The notes under the pieces were generated by a model that saw only the letters and a program-made list of their open reading frames with translations, had not been told where the DNA came from and searched no databases. A stretch of 39,362 nt of DNA from a virus. Its lineage: Duplodnaviria > Heunggongvirae > Uroviricota > Caudoviricetes. Below, one piece after another: positions 1-8,330 of the stretch. A program made the translations under genes and the position numbers. Each line of letters opens with the position of its first letter. Within the stretch, counting starts at the first letter, position 1. The stretch lies in IMG/VR virus record IMGVR_UViG_3300050821_002969, positions 64,001 through 103,362 of that record, one strand, 5' to 3'.

Positions 1-315
1 AGAATAACAAGCAATCAAGTGGCCAATGTATATTTGTTGCAAACATTGCACGTTACGTCTTTTGTTCGCTTTTATTTGGCGCTAGTTTGGCTTGTAACTT
101 GTTGAATGTTCGTTAGATTTCCACAGCCATGCCAGTGCGTTTTCCCGCGTCTAGGCAAGCGAACGTGTTTTGATGCCACTGAGGTATTACCGTGCTCCCG
201 TTCGTGCATCCTAGACGATTCGCATATTGAGACAAGATGCCCGCATGTTTCGCCATTACTTCGCCTTGCAACCATTGGCATGGTTTGGTCATCTTATTTA
301 TCGGAGGTAAATACC

Positions 316-552
316 GTGACAATCACAAAGGTATTAGAGACTTGGAGCACCAAGGGATTGCGGTATCAGATTGAACTAGCAGAACAGTTACCGGATACCG
401 GAAACAATTATTACACTGTCACCGATTACACTCATGGGCGCGTTACCGGTTGCGCCGTAGTCAACACCTTGGAAGATGCCAAGATGCGGCTATTCATTGG
501 CATTGACTATGCCAAGATGGACGGTATCAATTACCAGAAAGTAGGCGCGTAA
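316..552 (+). CDS. Small hypothetical phage protein; likely GTG start at 316
   Basis: GGAGG at 303-307 precedes GTG; the stop abuts the next ATG. Confidence 0.55.
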   Translation: MTITKVLETWSTKGLRYQIELAEQLPDTGNNYYTVTDYTHGRVTGCAVVNTLEDAKMRLFIGIDYAKMDGINYQKVGA

Positions 553-797
553 TGATCGAATACCACGTAGGCGAGCACCGAAACGGGCGAATAAAGTTTA
601 CAACCGATGTAGACTGCCTCTCGCCCGATATCCTGCGGTATAGCAAGCAAGTCTTCCCTGACCGTAAAGCGGTTATGGACCAAGCATACATCCTAGCCGG
701 GCGCGGTTTTAGCGTATGTGTGGACGATGAACAGGGGTTAGATGAGCTAACCCCGTACATGGTAGGTGGAAAGCAAGAGGGTATATCCCATGTCTAG
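552..797 (+). CDS. Hypothetical phage protein
   Basis: 81-aa ORF coupled by TAATG to the previous ORF. Confidence 0.55.
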   Translation: MIEYHVGEHRNGRIKFTTDVDCLSPDILRYSKQVFPDRKAVMDQAYILAGRGFSVCVDDEQGLDELTPYMVGGKQEGISHV

Positions 798-999
798 ACG
801 CCTACGTGATCGTAATCTATCCGACCTAACGCCTACGCTTGCAGAGTATATCTTGTGGCGAGCGATAGACCACCTGAATACCGCTGATTACCTCGGAGGA
901 AAGCAATACCCCAGCTATGGCGAGCGCCTAGAGGCTAGGGTTATCCTTCGACGGTGTATCTGTACTCTCAAAAACCGCAACGTTTGTACCTGCCACTAA
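766..999 (+). CDS. Hypothetical protein; real start probably ATG near 790
   Basis: ORF followed by a palindrome and a terminator. Confidence 0.45.
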   Translation: MESKRVYPMSRRLRDRNLSDLTPTLAEYILWRAIDHLNTADYLGGKQYPSYGERLEARVILRRCICTLKNRNVCTCH

Positions 1000-1004
1000 A
1001 CCGC

Positions 1005-1019
1005 GTACATTTAACGTAC
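1005..1019 (+). promoter_or_regulatory. Palindromic motif, copy 1 (GTACATTTAACGTAC)
   Basis: Near-identical copies at 1599-1613 and 2845-2859; each lies between a stop codon and a terminator. Confidence 0.55.
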
Positions 1020-1021
1020 AT

Positions 1022-1048
1022 AGCCTAGCCCTAACCGCTAGGCTTTTT
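1022..1048 (+). terminator. Intrinsic terminator
   Basis: AGCCTAGC-loop-GCTAGGCT followed by a T run. Confidence 0.75.
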
Positions 1049-1292
1049 CTTGTCCTTCCGTAACTTGCGCGTCATCTCATCTCACGCTAGACTAGTCCTC
1101 GGAGGTAATCCCAATGTCGATTACATGGCAGTCGCATGAAATGCCCAAGCATAGCCCTGCTACTTGTAAGGTATGCAAACAAAGGCAAGAGACTGAAAGC
1201 TTTATAGAGTGGGCATTGCGGCGCGTTGCAGAGCTATTGCAGGCAAAAGAATAGGCCAGCATGGTTAGCTGGCCTTGGTTTGCGAGATGCGG

Positions 1293-1538
1293 TTATTCGA
1301 TAGTGAGAGTATCGCCCGTCTTGAGTAGGCGAACGTCCATATCTGGCACGTAGGAATTGCGACCTAGATCATTCTTAATCGGCCAGTATCGCCCGTTTGT
1401 TAGGCTGTGCCAGCCCGCTACGCTGCGATAGATTACCTCGCCTTTGAACTGGCCATTAGTCGCAATGGCGAATTGCTCCCACTCCATATTGCGGATGTCG
1501 ATTACTCCCGATTCGGCGCTAGGTGCGGTTAGCTTCAT
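1293..1538 (-). CDS. Hypothetical phage protein
   Basis: 81-aa ORF with upstream GGAGG. Confidence 0.6.
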   Translation of the reverse strand: MKLTAPSAESGVIDIRNMEWEQFAIATNGQFKGEVIYRSVAGWHSLTNGRYWPIKNDLGRNSYVPDMDVRLLKTGDTLTIE

Positions 1539-1569
1539 GGTAGTAAATCCTCCGCCTAATCAGATGCAA

Positions 1570-1597
1570 TAAAAATGCCCTTGGTTTCCCAAGGGCA
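1570..1597 (-). terminator. Intrinsic terminator after DUF932 gene
   Basis: TGCCCTTGG/CCAAGGGCA 9-bp stem with a minus-strand T run. Confidence 0.75.
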
Positions 1598-1598
1598 G

Positions 1599-1613
1599 AT
1601 ACATTTAATGTAC
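1599..1613 (-). promoter_or_regulatory. Palindromic motif, copy 2 (ATACATTTAATGTAC)
   Basis: TACATT-T-AATGTA inverted repeat, identical to copy 3. Confidence 0.6.
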
Positions 1614-1618
1614 GTGCG

Positions 1619-2719
1619 CTATGCCGTAGCTGCAATTACATCTCCGAGTAATCCGCCTACTTGCGGACTATCGGGCATAGAGATAATCTTGGGCATGTTA
1701 ACCCGTTCTGCACCGTTTGTGCTTTCCAAGATTACCTCTAGGGCGCTAGACTTCAGTTTTTCCCCTGTTCCGATAACCGCGTTTTCCGCCCGCGCCTGAT
1801 CTACGCTCATACCGATGCGGCTGTCGGTCATCCGCACATTGCGCAAGTGGTCTGTCCACTCTGTTACTGCATTTAGCAGATTGTAAGCAGTCCCACCTAG
1901 GCGCGGGAATGCGTTATTGTCATTGGAAGCGTACAGAGCCAAGACTTCCGCGAGTACGTTGTCCCTGCGAGTATCCACTTTCGCATTCTCATTCTTGGGG
2001 AATAGCTTGTCCAAGATGCTAGTCATAGATTCCCGCGTGATCTTGCGAGTAGCCAATAGCTCTAGCTTTTCGCGAAGCTTGCCAGCGTCCATGACTACCC
2101 CTTGCATAACCCGCTTGGCATCTGCAAAGCGCTGATCTGCATTCTTGGTATGCTTTATGCGCAGCATACCGGTATTAGTCGATAGTGCCTGCCGTAACGT
2201 GTTTTCGCATACCGTTTGAACGGCGGAGATAAAAGCGGTATGCGCCATGCTGCCATCGTGCGCAGTAGTGAAACCAAGGTAATTCTGTACCGGAGATTCC
2301 CCGAGTACCGCGAAATCAGCTTGCGGGATACGGGCGCTAACCCATATTTGAGCACCGTTCCCTAGTGCTCCCGCGCTATCATAATGCGCACCGTCCTGTG
2401 CTTCTAGCAAGTCATCAACAAAATTGAAGCACTCGCTATTCTGTTTAATGGTGAATCCTTCGCCCACTCCAGAGGCGAGTAATTGATTGTCAATATCGCG
2501 GAATATGCTGTAGCTATCCACTGGCACATTAGCGCCTGAAGGGTTAACCGCGAAGTTTTGTACCTTGATTGCCTGCCAGTCTAACCCGGCAAGCTTCATT
2601 GCCTCTTGCCACGATACCGCACCGTCTACCCTTTGGCCTAATTTGTGCCATGCGTCTTCCCGTTTTCCTACCATGTACATTGCTACTTTGCCGTTTATCT
2701 CTGCTAGGTTATGCGCCAT
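1619..2719 (-). CDS. DUF932 (TIGR03299-like) phage/plasmid protein
   Basis: MAHNL..AWHKLG start; AGALGNGAQIW; TTAHDGS; VQTVCENTL; TAYNLLNAVTEWTDH. Confidence 0.85.
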   Translation of the reverse strand: MAHNLAEINGKVAMYMVGKREDAWHKLGQRVDGAVSWQEAMKLAGLDWQAIKVQNFAVNPSGANVPVDSYSIFRDIDNQLLASGVGEGFTIKQNSECFNFVDDLLEAQDGAHYDSAGALGNGAQIWVSARIPQADFAVLGESPVQNYLGFTTAHDGSMAHTAFISAVQTVCENTLRQALSTNTGMLRIKHTKNADQRFADAKRVMQGVVMDAGKLREKLELLATRKITRESMTSILDKLFPKNENAKVDTRRDNVLAEVLALYASNDNNAFPRLGGTAYNLLNAVTEWTDHLRNVRMTDSRIGMSVDQARAENAVIGTGEKLKSSALEVILESTNGAERVNMPKIISMPDSPQVGGLLGDVIAATA

Positions 2720-2807
2720 TGTGATTATCTCCCATTGCCGTTTATTGTCCGGCTGACAAGATACTTGCGATAAGTGAGATGTATTAAACCTAGGATTAGT
2801 TGCCTAA

Positions 2808-2836
2808 ATAAAAAAGCCTGCTATTCCTAGCAGGCT
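2808..2836 (-). terminator. Intrinsic terminator
   Basis: AGCCTGCTA-TTCC-TAGCAGGCT with a minus-strand T run. Confidence 0.75.
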
Positions 2837-2844
2837 AAAACCGG

Positions 2845-2859
2845 ATACATTTAATGTAC
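2845..2859 (-). promoter_or_regulatory. Palindromic motif, copy 3 (ATACATTTAATGTAC)
   Basis: Identical to copy 2; touches the stop of the 2859..3080 ORF. Confidence 0.6.
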
Positions 2860-3080
2860 TAGCGGCAGTATGTACCTACACAAAGGTTTTTCCTGATATC
2901 CTCTTGCACGTCTGTATAGACTCCCGCGACGGTCAAAAACTTGTGGCGATCAAACCCGCGTGCATCGCGCAAGGCATCGGCCACGTTGTACACCGTTTCT
3001 TCCCATACTCCAGACTTGAAATAGGGTACAGGTTTGGTAATGGTTAATGCGCGTGCTATATGTAAATAATTTATGCGCAT
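2859..3080 (-). CDS. Hypothetical protein
   Basis: ORF directly follows the ART-like gene. Confidence 0.5.
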   Translation of the reverse strand: MRINYLHIARALTITKPVPYFKSGVWEETVYNVADALRDARGFDRHKFLTVAGVYTDVQEDIRKNLCVGTYCR

Positions 3081-3494
3081 TTACCGTACCTCCCGTATAC
3101 CGCGCACGTATTGCGGTGGAATGGTACATTGACAAACTAAGCCCACTCCGCTGTCTGGGTCGGGTTTGAGTTTCGCGCGGTATGAACTGGGTAGGGACAG
3201 GGTAACCACGGCAGGCTTAGCTGTGGGGTTCTGTACTTTGCTTAGTTTGGTCCACGACATACCGAAGTCATAACCGGTTAACGGCAGTCCGCTTAAGTCT
3301 GTACCGTATGCGGCCCTGTCGTATGTTGCGCGAAAACGTGCATACATCTCCGCATAGTGGCGAATCGGCAATAGATAGATATACGGGTAATCCCGCAAGT
3401 TTTCTATCTGTAGCGCGTTATCGTGGATTTTCTTTAGTCCACTTTGTTTAATCTTCTGTGCCGCGTCCAACGTGGTTCCATGGTAGAAGATCAT
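3081..3494 (-). CDS. ADP-ribosyltransferase-fold protein
   Basis: FYHGT..AAQKIKQSGL; IYLLP..HYAEMYA; C-terminal IPPQYV. Confidence 0.6.
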   Translation of the reverse strand: MIFYHGTTLDAAQKIKQSGLKKIHDNALQIENLRDYPYIYLLPIRHYAEMYARFRATYDRAAYGTDLSGLPLTGYDFGMSWTKLSKVQNPTAKPAVVTLSLPSSYRAKLKPDPDSGVGLVCQCTIPPQYVRGIREVR

Positions 3495-3719
3495 TGTCCA
3501 ATTACCAATTCCTTTTCGGAGTCTTTGATTTTCTCCGCGTCTGTTACGGGCAATCTGTACGGTTGCTGTGGCAAATAGTCTCCGTAATCTACTCCATCGG
3601 AGTATTGCCCGTCTTGGATTAAGGCGTCCAATATATCGTCTTGAGGATTCATCGGCAGTACCTCGCGCCCACTACCAGCAAGCTAAGGAAAACAACTAAC
3701 CCAAGTGCTTCTGTGGCTG

Positions 3720-3926
3720 TCATGCTAGTTTGACTCCGTTCCCGAGCAAGTATGCAGCGTAGAACGTAGGCCAGTCGCTATCTGGTTTTCCTTGGCTTGC
3801 TTCTAGCGCGTGGTGCGCATTGTAAGCGGCATTTAGCTTATCTGCTAATACTTGCACGCGAGATAAACAAATAGCCGCTTGCGATTCGGTTTGTGCTTCG
3901 TGGCAAGGTGCGGTGTAGTTAGTCAA
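3720..3926 (-). CDS. Hypothetical protein
   Basis: 68-aa ORF with purine-rich RBS. Confidence 0.45.
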   Translation of the reverse strand: MTNYTAPCHEAQTESQAAICLSRVQVLADKLNAAYNAHHALEASQGKPDSDWPTFYAAYLLGNGVKLA

Positions 3927-4066
3927 GGTTTCCCCCTTGTGCGGGATACACGAAATAGAAAATCATCAGCATTGTACAGATCAAAATAAACTCCATTTTG
4001 TTGTTCTCCTTATGACGCTAATTGCGTCCCGTTGCGGCTACTGTCACTAGCCGCACTAGGCCGGAA

Positions 4067-4273
4067 TTAACTCTCTATATCTCCCAAGAAGCTTCCACCT
4101 GGGAATAAGCGGTCAACAATGGTGGACATGGTTAACTCGCCGGTAATCCCCCAGAAACCAGAGGAATAGCCGAATCTTCGGAGTACCATTACACCTATCG
4201 CCGCAACAATGAATATTGAGATGCGGATTAGGTGTTTGGTGTGCTTGGGCAATCGCTTGGCTCTGCTTTTCAT
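4067..4273 (-). CDS. Small membrane protein
   Basis: Basic N-terminus followed by hydrophobic ISIFIVAAIGVMVL. Confidence 0.5.
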   Translation of the reverse strand: MKSRAKRLPKHTKHLIRISIFIVAAIGVMVLRRFGYSSGFWGITGELTMSTIVDRLFPGGSFLGDIES

Positions 4274-4551
4274 TAGCGTGTAGCTCCTAGCAACGCGACG
4301 ATTCCCGCGAGTGTTCCGAGAATCCAGAAGCGGAGAATTAAGCCGCCAAGCGATTCAGGATTGAAAACCAGATCGGTTAGCTTAGTTCGCATAGTGGTTA
4401 TCTCCTTCCAGTTGATACAGGATAAACCGGCATTGCTCTAAGGCGAGAATGGTATCCCGTAATTGATTGGCCAATCTAATCTCCATGCGATTAGCTCTAG
4501 CCATAACAAAAGCTGAGCGTAACTCGGTTTCGGCTTTGATTAGTTTTTGTT

Positions 4552-4899
4552 TCATTCGTATGTACCCAGCGCGGCCTTTTCTTGCTGTTTTTCGAGATGC
4601 GGGTTAGCTATTTCGGCAAGATTCCATGCCTCTTTTTCTCCCGCTAATTCATTGCTCCCCCATGCCGCCGAAGTATGGAGCAATTCTCCTATGAGATGCC
4701 CAAATTCATGCGCTAGCGTGGTAGCGGTATTGCTTATTCCGTGGTATGGAATCCCCCGGTATTCCATTTCGTCCTTATCTACCTGTGGGGTTAACACGAT
4801 TTCGTATGTCTTCCCGCGCTCTATCGCTTCGATATGCGAGGAAACGTCTGTGCTTGCGTTGTCTAGATAGACTGAAACCTGCCCAAGTAGTTTTCTCAT
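4552..4899 (-). CDS. HExxH zinc metallopeptidase-like protein (ImmA/IrrE-like), paralogue A
   Basis: LAHEFGH ... EKEAWNLA ... AALGTY. Confidence 0.65.
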   Translation of the reverse strand: MRKLLGQVSVYLDNASTDVSSHIEAIERGKTYEIVLTPQVDKDEMEYRGIPYHGISNTATTLAHEFGHLIGELLHTSAAWGSNELAGEKEAWNLAEIANPHLEKQQEKAALGTYE

Positions 4900-5054
4900 C
4901 GCGAGTGCTCCTTGTCCTCGATATCCGATTCCACATAAGTCATGGGAACGGGCTGAATCAATAGCTGATCTTCGTCCGACAGTGCGTTAGTCCAAGCGGT
5001 TGCAGGACTATCGCCATAGCCGGTTAAGTACACCGTGAAGGTAAATGCTTTCAT

Positions 5055-5426
5055 TTAATTTATCTCCTCTCTTGTGCAGGTTGCCTCTATCCACGCACCA
5101 TTGCTGCCCTTGATGCGCACGATTACGCTATGCAAGTCAATTTGTTCTGACAGCAATCTCGCGCATAGCTCTTTGGCTGCGGTTAGCGCCATGCGCTCAC
5201 ATGAGATTCCCTTCCACGTAGGTGCAAGCTTGCCAAACTTGGAATCAAAATAGGTTTGTATTTCCTCGTTGTTCATCACAAACCCTTCCCGAGTTAGCCG
5301 CTCATCTGTGGCGTTAATGCGGACGAAGTAGCTGTAATTTTTGGTTCGCATAGCCGCGCATTTGCAAGACGTGGCTACCATGTTAGCCGCGTGGAATTTA
5401 CCGTTGCGCTCTAGGGAAACAAGCAT
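5055..5426 (-). CDS. Degenerate QueD/6-pyruvoyl-tetrahydropterin synthase-like (T-fold) protein
   Basis: FHAANM..KC..(HGH replaced by RTK)NYSYFVRI..LTREGFVMN..SCERMA..SVIVRI follows the QueD layout. Confidence 0.5.
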   Translation of the reverse strand: MLVSLERNGKFHAANMVATSCKCAAMRTKNYSYFVRINATDERLTREGFVMNNEEIQTYFDSKFGKLAPTWKGISCERMALTAAKELCARLLSEQIDLHSVIVRIKGSNGAWIEATCTREEIN

Positions 5427-5860
5427 TATCTGTACGTCTCGCTTCCCGCGCCACTAGCACCATTTGTGCTGTATCCCTCTAGCGCCGCATGTTTGATACC
5501 TTGGCTTAACTTCGGGTTAATGATTTCCCCAAGCTCCCAAGCTTTTTCCTCTGCTGCTATGTTTAGGCGAGAATCGCCAATCATCACAGAAAGAATTTTC
5601 AGTTTGGGATTGTGGGTAGGATCATTAAACACCGTAGCCACGAAATGACCTAGCTCATGCGCTAGCAACGTTTCTACGCTGGCAAGATTGCGCGGCTGTC
5701 TAATTGCCTCAAGAATTGGACCGTCAACCTTGGGGCGCAGGGTAATGGTGTAGTGGCTCCTGTCGCCTCTTGGTTTCAACATTCCGCTTGGGAAATCGCC
5801 TAGCGGATCATTGATACCATCCGAAATAACTACGTCTAGAGTTGCAATCGTGGTCTGCAT
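5426..5860 (-). CDS. HExxH zinc metallopeptidase-like protein, paralogue B
   Basis: LAHELGHFVA..PTHN ... EEKAWELG ... AALEGY. Confidence 0.65.
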   Translation of the reverse strand: MQTTIATLDVVISDGINDPLGDFPSGMLKPRGDRSHYTITLRPKVDGPILEAIRQPRNLASVETLLAHELGHFVATVFNDPTHNPKLKILSVMIGDSRLNIAAEEKAWELGEIINPKLSQGIKHAALEGYSTNGASGAGSETYR

Positions 5861-6005
5861 TTATCTTCCCCTTGTCAGTGCTTTTTCGATTTTGCGATGC
5901 GCGGAGTACAATTTGTCTAACTGGTATCCGTTTAACGTGTCGGGAGTCTTGTGCTCCCGATACATGGCGAATACTTCATCTGAAGTAAACCGGATTGTGA
6001 TTGTT

Positions 6006-6197
6006 TTATTCATGCACACTCCAATAGTCATCCTCAGATGTGTTAAACGAACAGTTATCCAAGGCGGGATTGCATACCTCGGCTAGCTTGCGCCCAAGGA
6101 TATCGGGCGGAATAAATAGCTCGCCGTCCTCGCGTTCTGCTTTTTGCTGGATACAAAAGGGAATCAGGTTAACCATTGGATTTTTCCTCTTCCGCAA
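6006..6197 (-). CDS. Hypothetical protein
   Basis: ORF within a tightly packed minus-strand run. Confidence 0.4.
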   Translation of the reverse strand: MRKRKNPMVNLIPFCIQQKAEREDGELFIPPDILGRKLAEVCNPALDNCSFNTSEDDYWSVHE

Positions 6198-6804
6198 AAC
6201 GCTTTGCGGCTACGGCAAACACTTTAATGTATTCACCGTATTCCTTAATCTCTGCCGCGCTATAACCCTCCATGCGCCCAATCGCCTTGTACTTTTTTTG
6301 CCATTCGGTAATCGTTCTAACGTGGCAGCCAATAGCAATTTCGTTAAAAGACGCCAGCGTTAGCGAGTGGCGAGTACCCTGAATATAGAGCGGAGACTTA
6401 ACCCAAGCGTTGCCGTACACCCAAGCGTTGCCGGACACCTGAGCGTCGCCGTACACCTGAGCGTTGCCGGACACCTGAGCGTCGCCGGACACCTGAGCGT
6501 TGCCGTACACCTGAGCGTAGCCGGACACCCGAGCGTTGCCGGACACCTGAGCGTTGCCGGACACCTGAGCGTTGCCGTACACCTGAGCGTAGCCGAACAC
6601 CCGAGCGTTGCCGGACACCTGAGCGTTGCCGTACACCTGAGCGTAGCCGGACACCCGAGCGTAGCCGGACACTATTCCTCCAATTAATGCCGTAGCGGCG
6701 GCATAGCTTGTCTCAAAAACCCACCCATTACCGTTAGCGTGTTGTTTCCATTGCTCTGGTTTGGTGGACGGGAATAACGCAATTACTTGTTCTATGGTTT
6801 TCAT
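6169..6804 (-). CDS. Hexapeptide-repeat (GNAQVS-type, left-handed beta-helix-like) phage protein
   Basis: 15 G[NYD]A[QRW]V[SYFK] repeats; C-terminal IAIGCHVRTITEW. Confidence 0.8.
   Translation of the reverse strand: MKTIEQVIALFPSTKPEQWKQHANGNGWVFETSYAAATALIGGIVSGYARVSGYAQVYGNAQVSGNARVFGYAQVYGNAQVSGNAQVSGNARVSGYAQVYGNAQVSGDAQVSGNAQVYGDAQVSGNAWVYGNAWVKSPLYIQGTRHSLTLASFNEIAIGCHVRTITEWQKKYKAIGRMEGYSAAEIKEYGEYIKVFAVAAKRFAEEEKSNG
6397..6666 (-). repeat. 15 x 18-bp tandem repeat, consensus GGCAACGCTCAGGTGT(C/A)C
   Basis: Read directly from the sequence; encodes the hexapeptide repeats. Confidence 0.95.
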
Positions 6805-6995
6805 TAGCGCACCATCCTTTTTGAAGCTTGCGCATCCAGAAATGCATCAAACGAGCGGTAATGAACACGATTACCGTGGGCAATCGCTAGCGCGTTAGGA
6901 TGCTGGTTGAACATGGCTTTGTCGGCCATAGCACGCAATGCGCGATGCTCCGAAGTTTGCAGTGCTTCGTTTAACTTCAATCCGAGGTAAGTCAT
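6804..6995 (-). CDS. Hypothetical protein
   Basis: Coupled to neighbours by TAATG overlaps. Confidence 0.5.
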   Translation of the reverse strand: MTYLGLKLNEALQTSEHRALRAMADKAMFNQHPNALAIAHGNRVHYRSFDAFLDAQASKRMVR

Positions 6996-7294
6996 TATTG
7001 TTTACCTCCGAGAAAAGCGCTCATGCTAAAACGCGGTTTGTTGCCGTCCAGCACGGTCAAATAGTTTTCGGTTTGTGGACCGTAAACCATATAGGTGCGG
7101 CTAGCGGGAATGGTTTGAACTGAGAAAACTACCGGCTTACTGCGGTAGGGCGGATTCGGATTTTTCCATGCGACAAACATTTTTGTTCTCCATGCTGCGG
7201 ATTGTGTTGCTTGCGAGATAGACGCGGGAGTATTGCGTAAGGTTGCAAGGTAAAAATTACTAGTCTGTGGACGGAACTTTACAAATGATTTCAA
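6995..7294 (-). CDS. Hypothetical protein; start uncertain
   Basis: First ORF of the leftward run. Confidence 0.4.
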   Translation of the reverse strand: MKSFVKFRPQTSNFYLATLRNTPASISQATQSAAWRTKMFVAWKNPNPPYRSKPVVFSVQTIPASRTYMVYGPQTENYLTVLDGNKPRFSMSAFLGGKQ

Positions 7295-7444
7295 ATCACA
7301 TAGTTAATAGACCGCGACCGCAATTACCAGATAGAATGCTCACGTTGCAGGACATAATTTATTACTACAACGATCTAGCTTGCTGGAAAGCGGACAAAGC
7401 AGAAGCAATCCTAGGCGGCGTATCGGATAGCTCGTGCCAATTAA

Positions 7445-7810
7445 ATAATAAGAAATAAAGTTGGCCCCAAGGAATACGAATTAGACGTTTGTCCGTTAGT
7501 GGACGAGCGTATTTTGGAGGCCCACAAAAAGGCTGGGAGAATCGAAGGTTCCACGCTGGACCTAGTTCAATCTATTATCGCGCACGAACTTGGGCATTTC
7601 GTGGCGCACATTACCAAGTGTCCCACCCACAACCAGTCAACATTCGACAAGATTCCGGTAACCATTAACGGGGAAGCTGCCGTGGTTGGCGTATCGGTGC
7701 CAGCAGAAATTAAGGCATGGACGTTGGCGGGAGAGATTTTGGGAGACAAATTAAACCAAAAACTTAGGACTGCGGCTACGGCTACTTATCTAATGGGTAG
7801 GGCCGCTTGA
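7445..7810 (+). CDS. HExxH metallopeptidase-like paralogue C; 5' end uncertain, possibly frameshifted
   Basis: IAHELGHFVA..PTHN..EIKAWTLA; similarity to paralogues (KEYELDVCPLVD) extends upstream of GTG 7499 to an in-frame TAA at 7442-7444. Confidence 0.55.
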   Translation: MIRNKVGPKEYELDVCPLVDERILEAHKKAGRIEGSTLDLVQSIIAHELGHFVAHITKCPTHNQSTFDKIPVTINGEAAVVGVSVPAEIKAWTLAGEILGDKLNQKLRTAATATYLMGRAA

Positions 7811-7836
7811 CTTTGTTCGGGGCGTGGCGTTAGATT
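7807..7836 (+). promoter_or_regulatory. Possible sigma70-like promoter (TTGACT-18 nt-TAGATT)
   Basis: Near-consensus -35 and a TAnnnT -10 just upstream of the structured region. Confidence 0.35.
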
Positions 7837-8196
7837 AGGTGCAGTGAGTTTGTGGGCGTGATCGTTTCTTGAACCGGGACGGTCCCCCACAAACCATAAT
7901 TCACCGGTTCAAATGTCATTCCTCGAACAATTCGATCCAATGCCCTTGCAGCCGGAAAGCTGTCTAGCCAAGTAGGATTGTGCCTGCAAGGGTAGATCGG
8001 TGCCAATAGGCGCGTGAGCCGTGAGCCATCGTTAGGGGATTCGACTTCTGCGGGAGCCGAAAATAGCCAAGCAACACTTCACGCTGCAAAGCGACCGACG
8101 ATGACGGCATACCGTTATTGCGCTGGCAGAGAATAGGTGTTTCACCCAATCTTTGCTGTCTCCCTCTGAATCGGGCATGACTAGAAACAAAGTCAA
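7807..8196 (+). ncRNA. Candidate large structured non-coding RNA of unknown class
   Basis: 11-bp flanking inverted repeat, two interleaved 9-bp stems, multibranch domain with GNRA loops, no credible ORF. Confidence 0.55.
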
Positions 8197-8330
8197 AAGC
8201 TAAACAAAACGCGGAGGGACTATGAATAAGCTCGAAAAGATTTACGAATCCTACTGCAAGTGGTGCGAATCTCTTGGTATTAAACCAGCGCCATTTGTGG
8301 AGTGGTTATTCTTGAAATGAAGAGGGGAAC

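Noticed and set aside
6397-6666. CRISPR array
   Set aside because: The units are contiguous 18-bp repeats with no unique spacers, lie in frame within a CDS, and no cas genes are present
6367-6687. Plus-strand VAGHLS-repeat ORF
   Set aside because: Antisense reading of the hexapeptide array, with no RBS or operon context
7286-7298. TGATTTCAAATCA palindrome as an operator in the divergent region
   Set aside because: Single copy and no recognisable repressor gene; cannot be distinguished from chance
8030-8050. tRNA or tmRNA suggested by GGATTCGAC
   Set aside because: No cloverleaf, acceptor stem, CCA end or tag peptide; kept only as a T-loop-like part of the larger structure
8015-8060. Group II intron domain V suggested by GAGCCGTG
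   Set aside because: It does not fold into the ~34-nt domain V hairpin, and there are no host-gene exons or maturase
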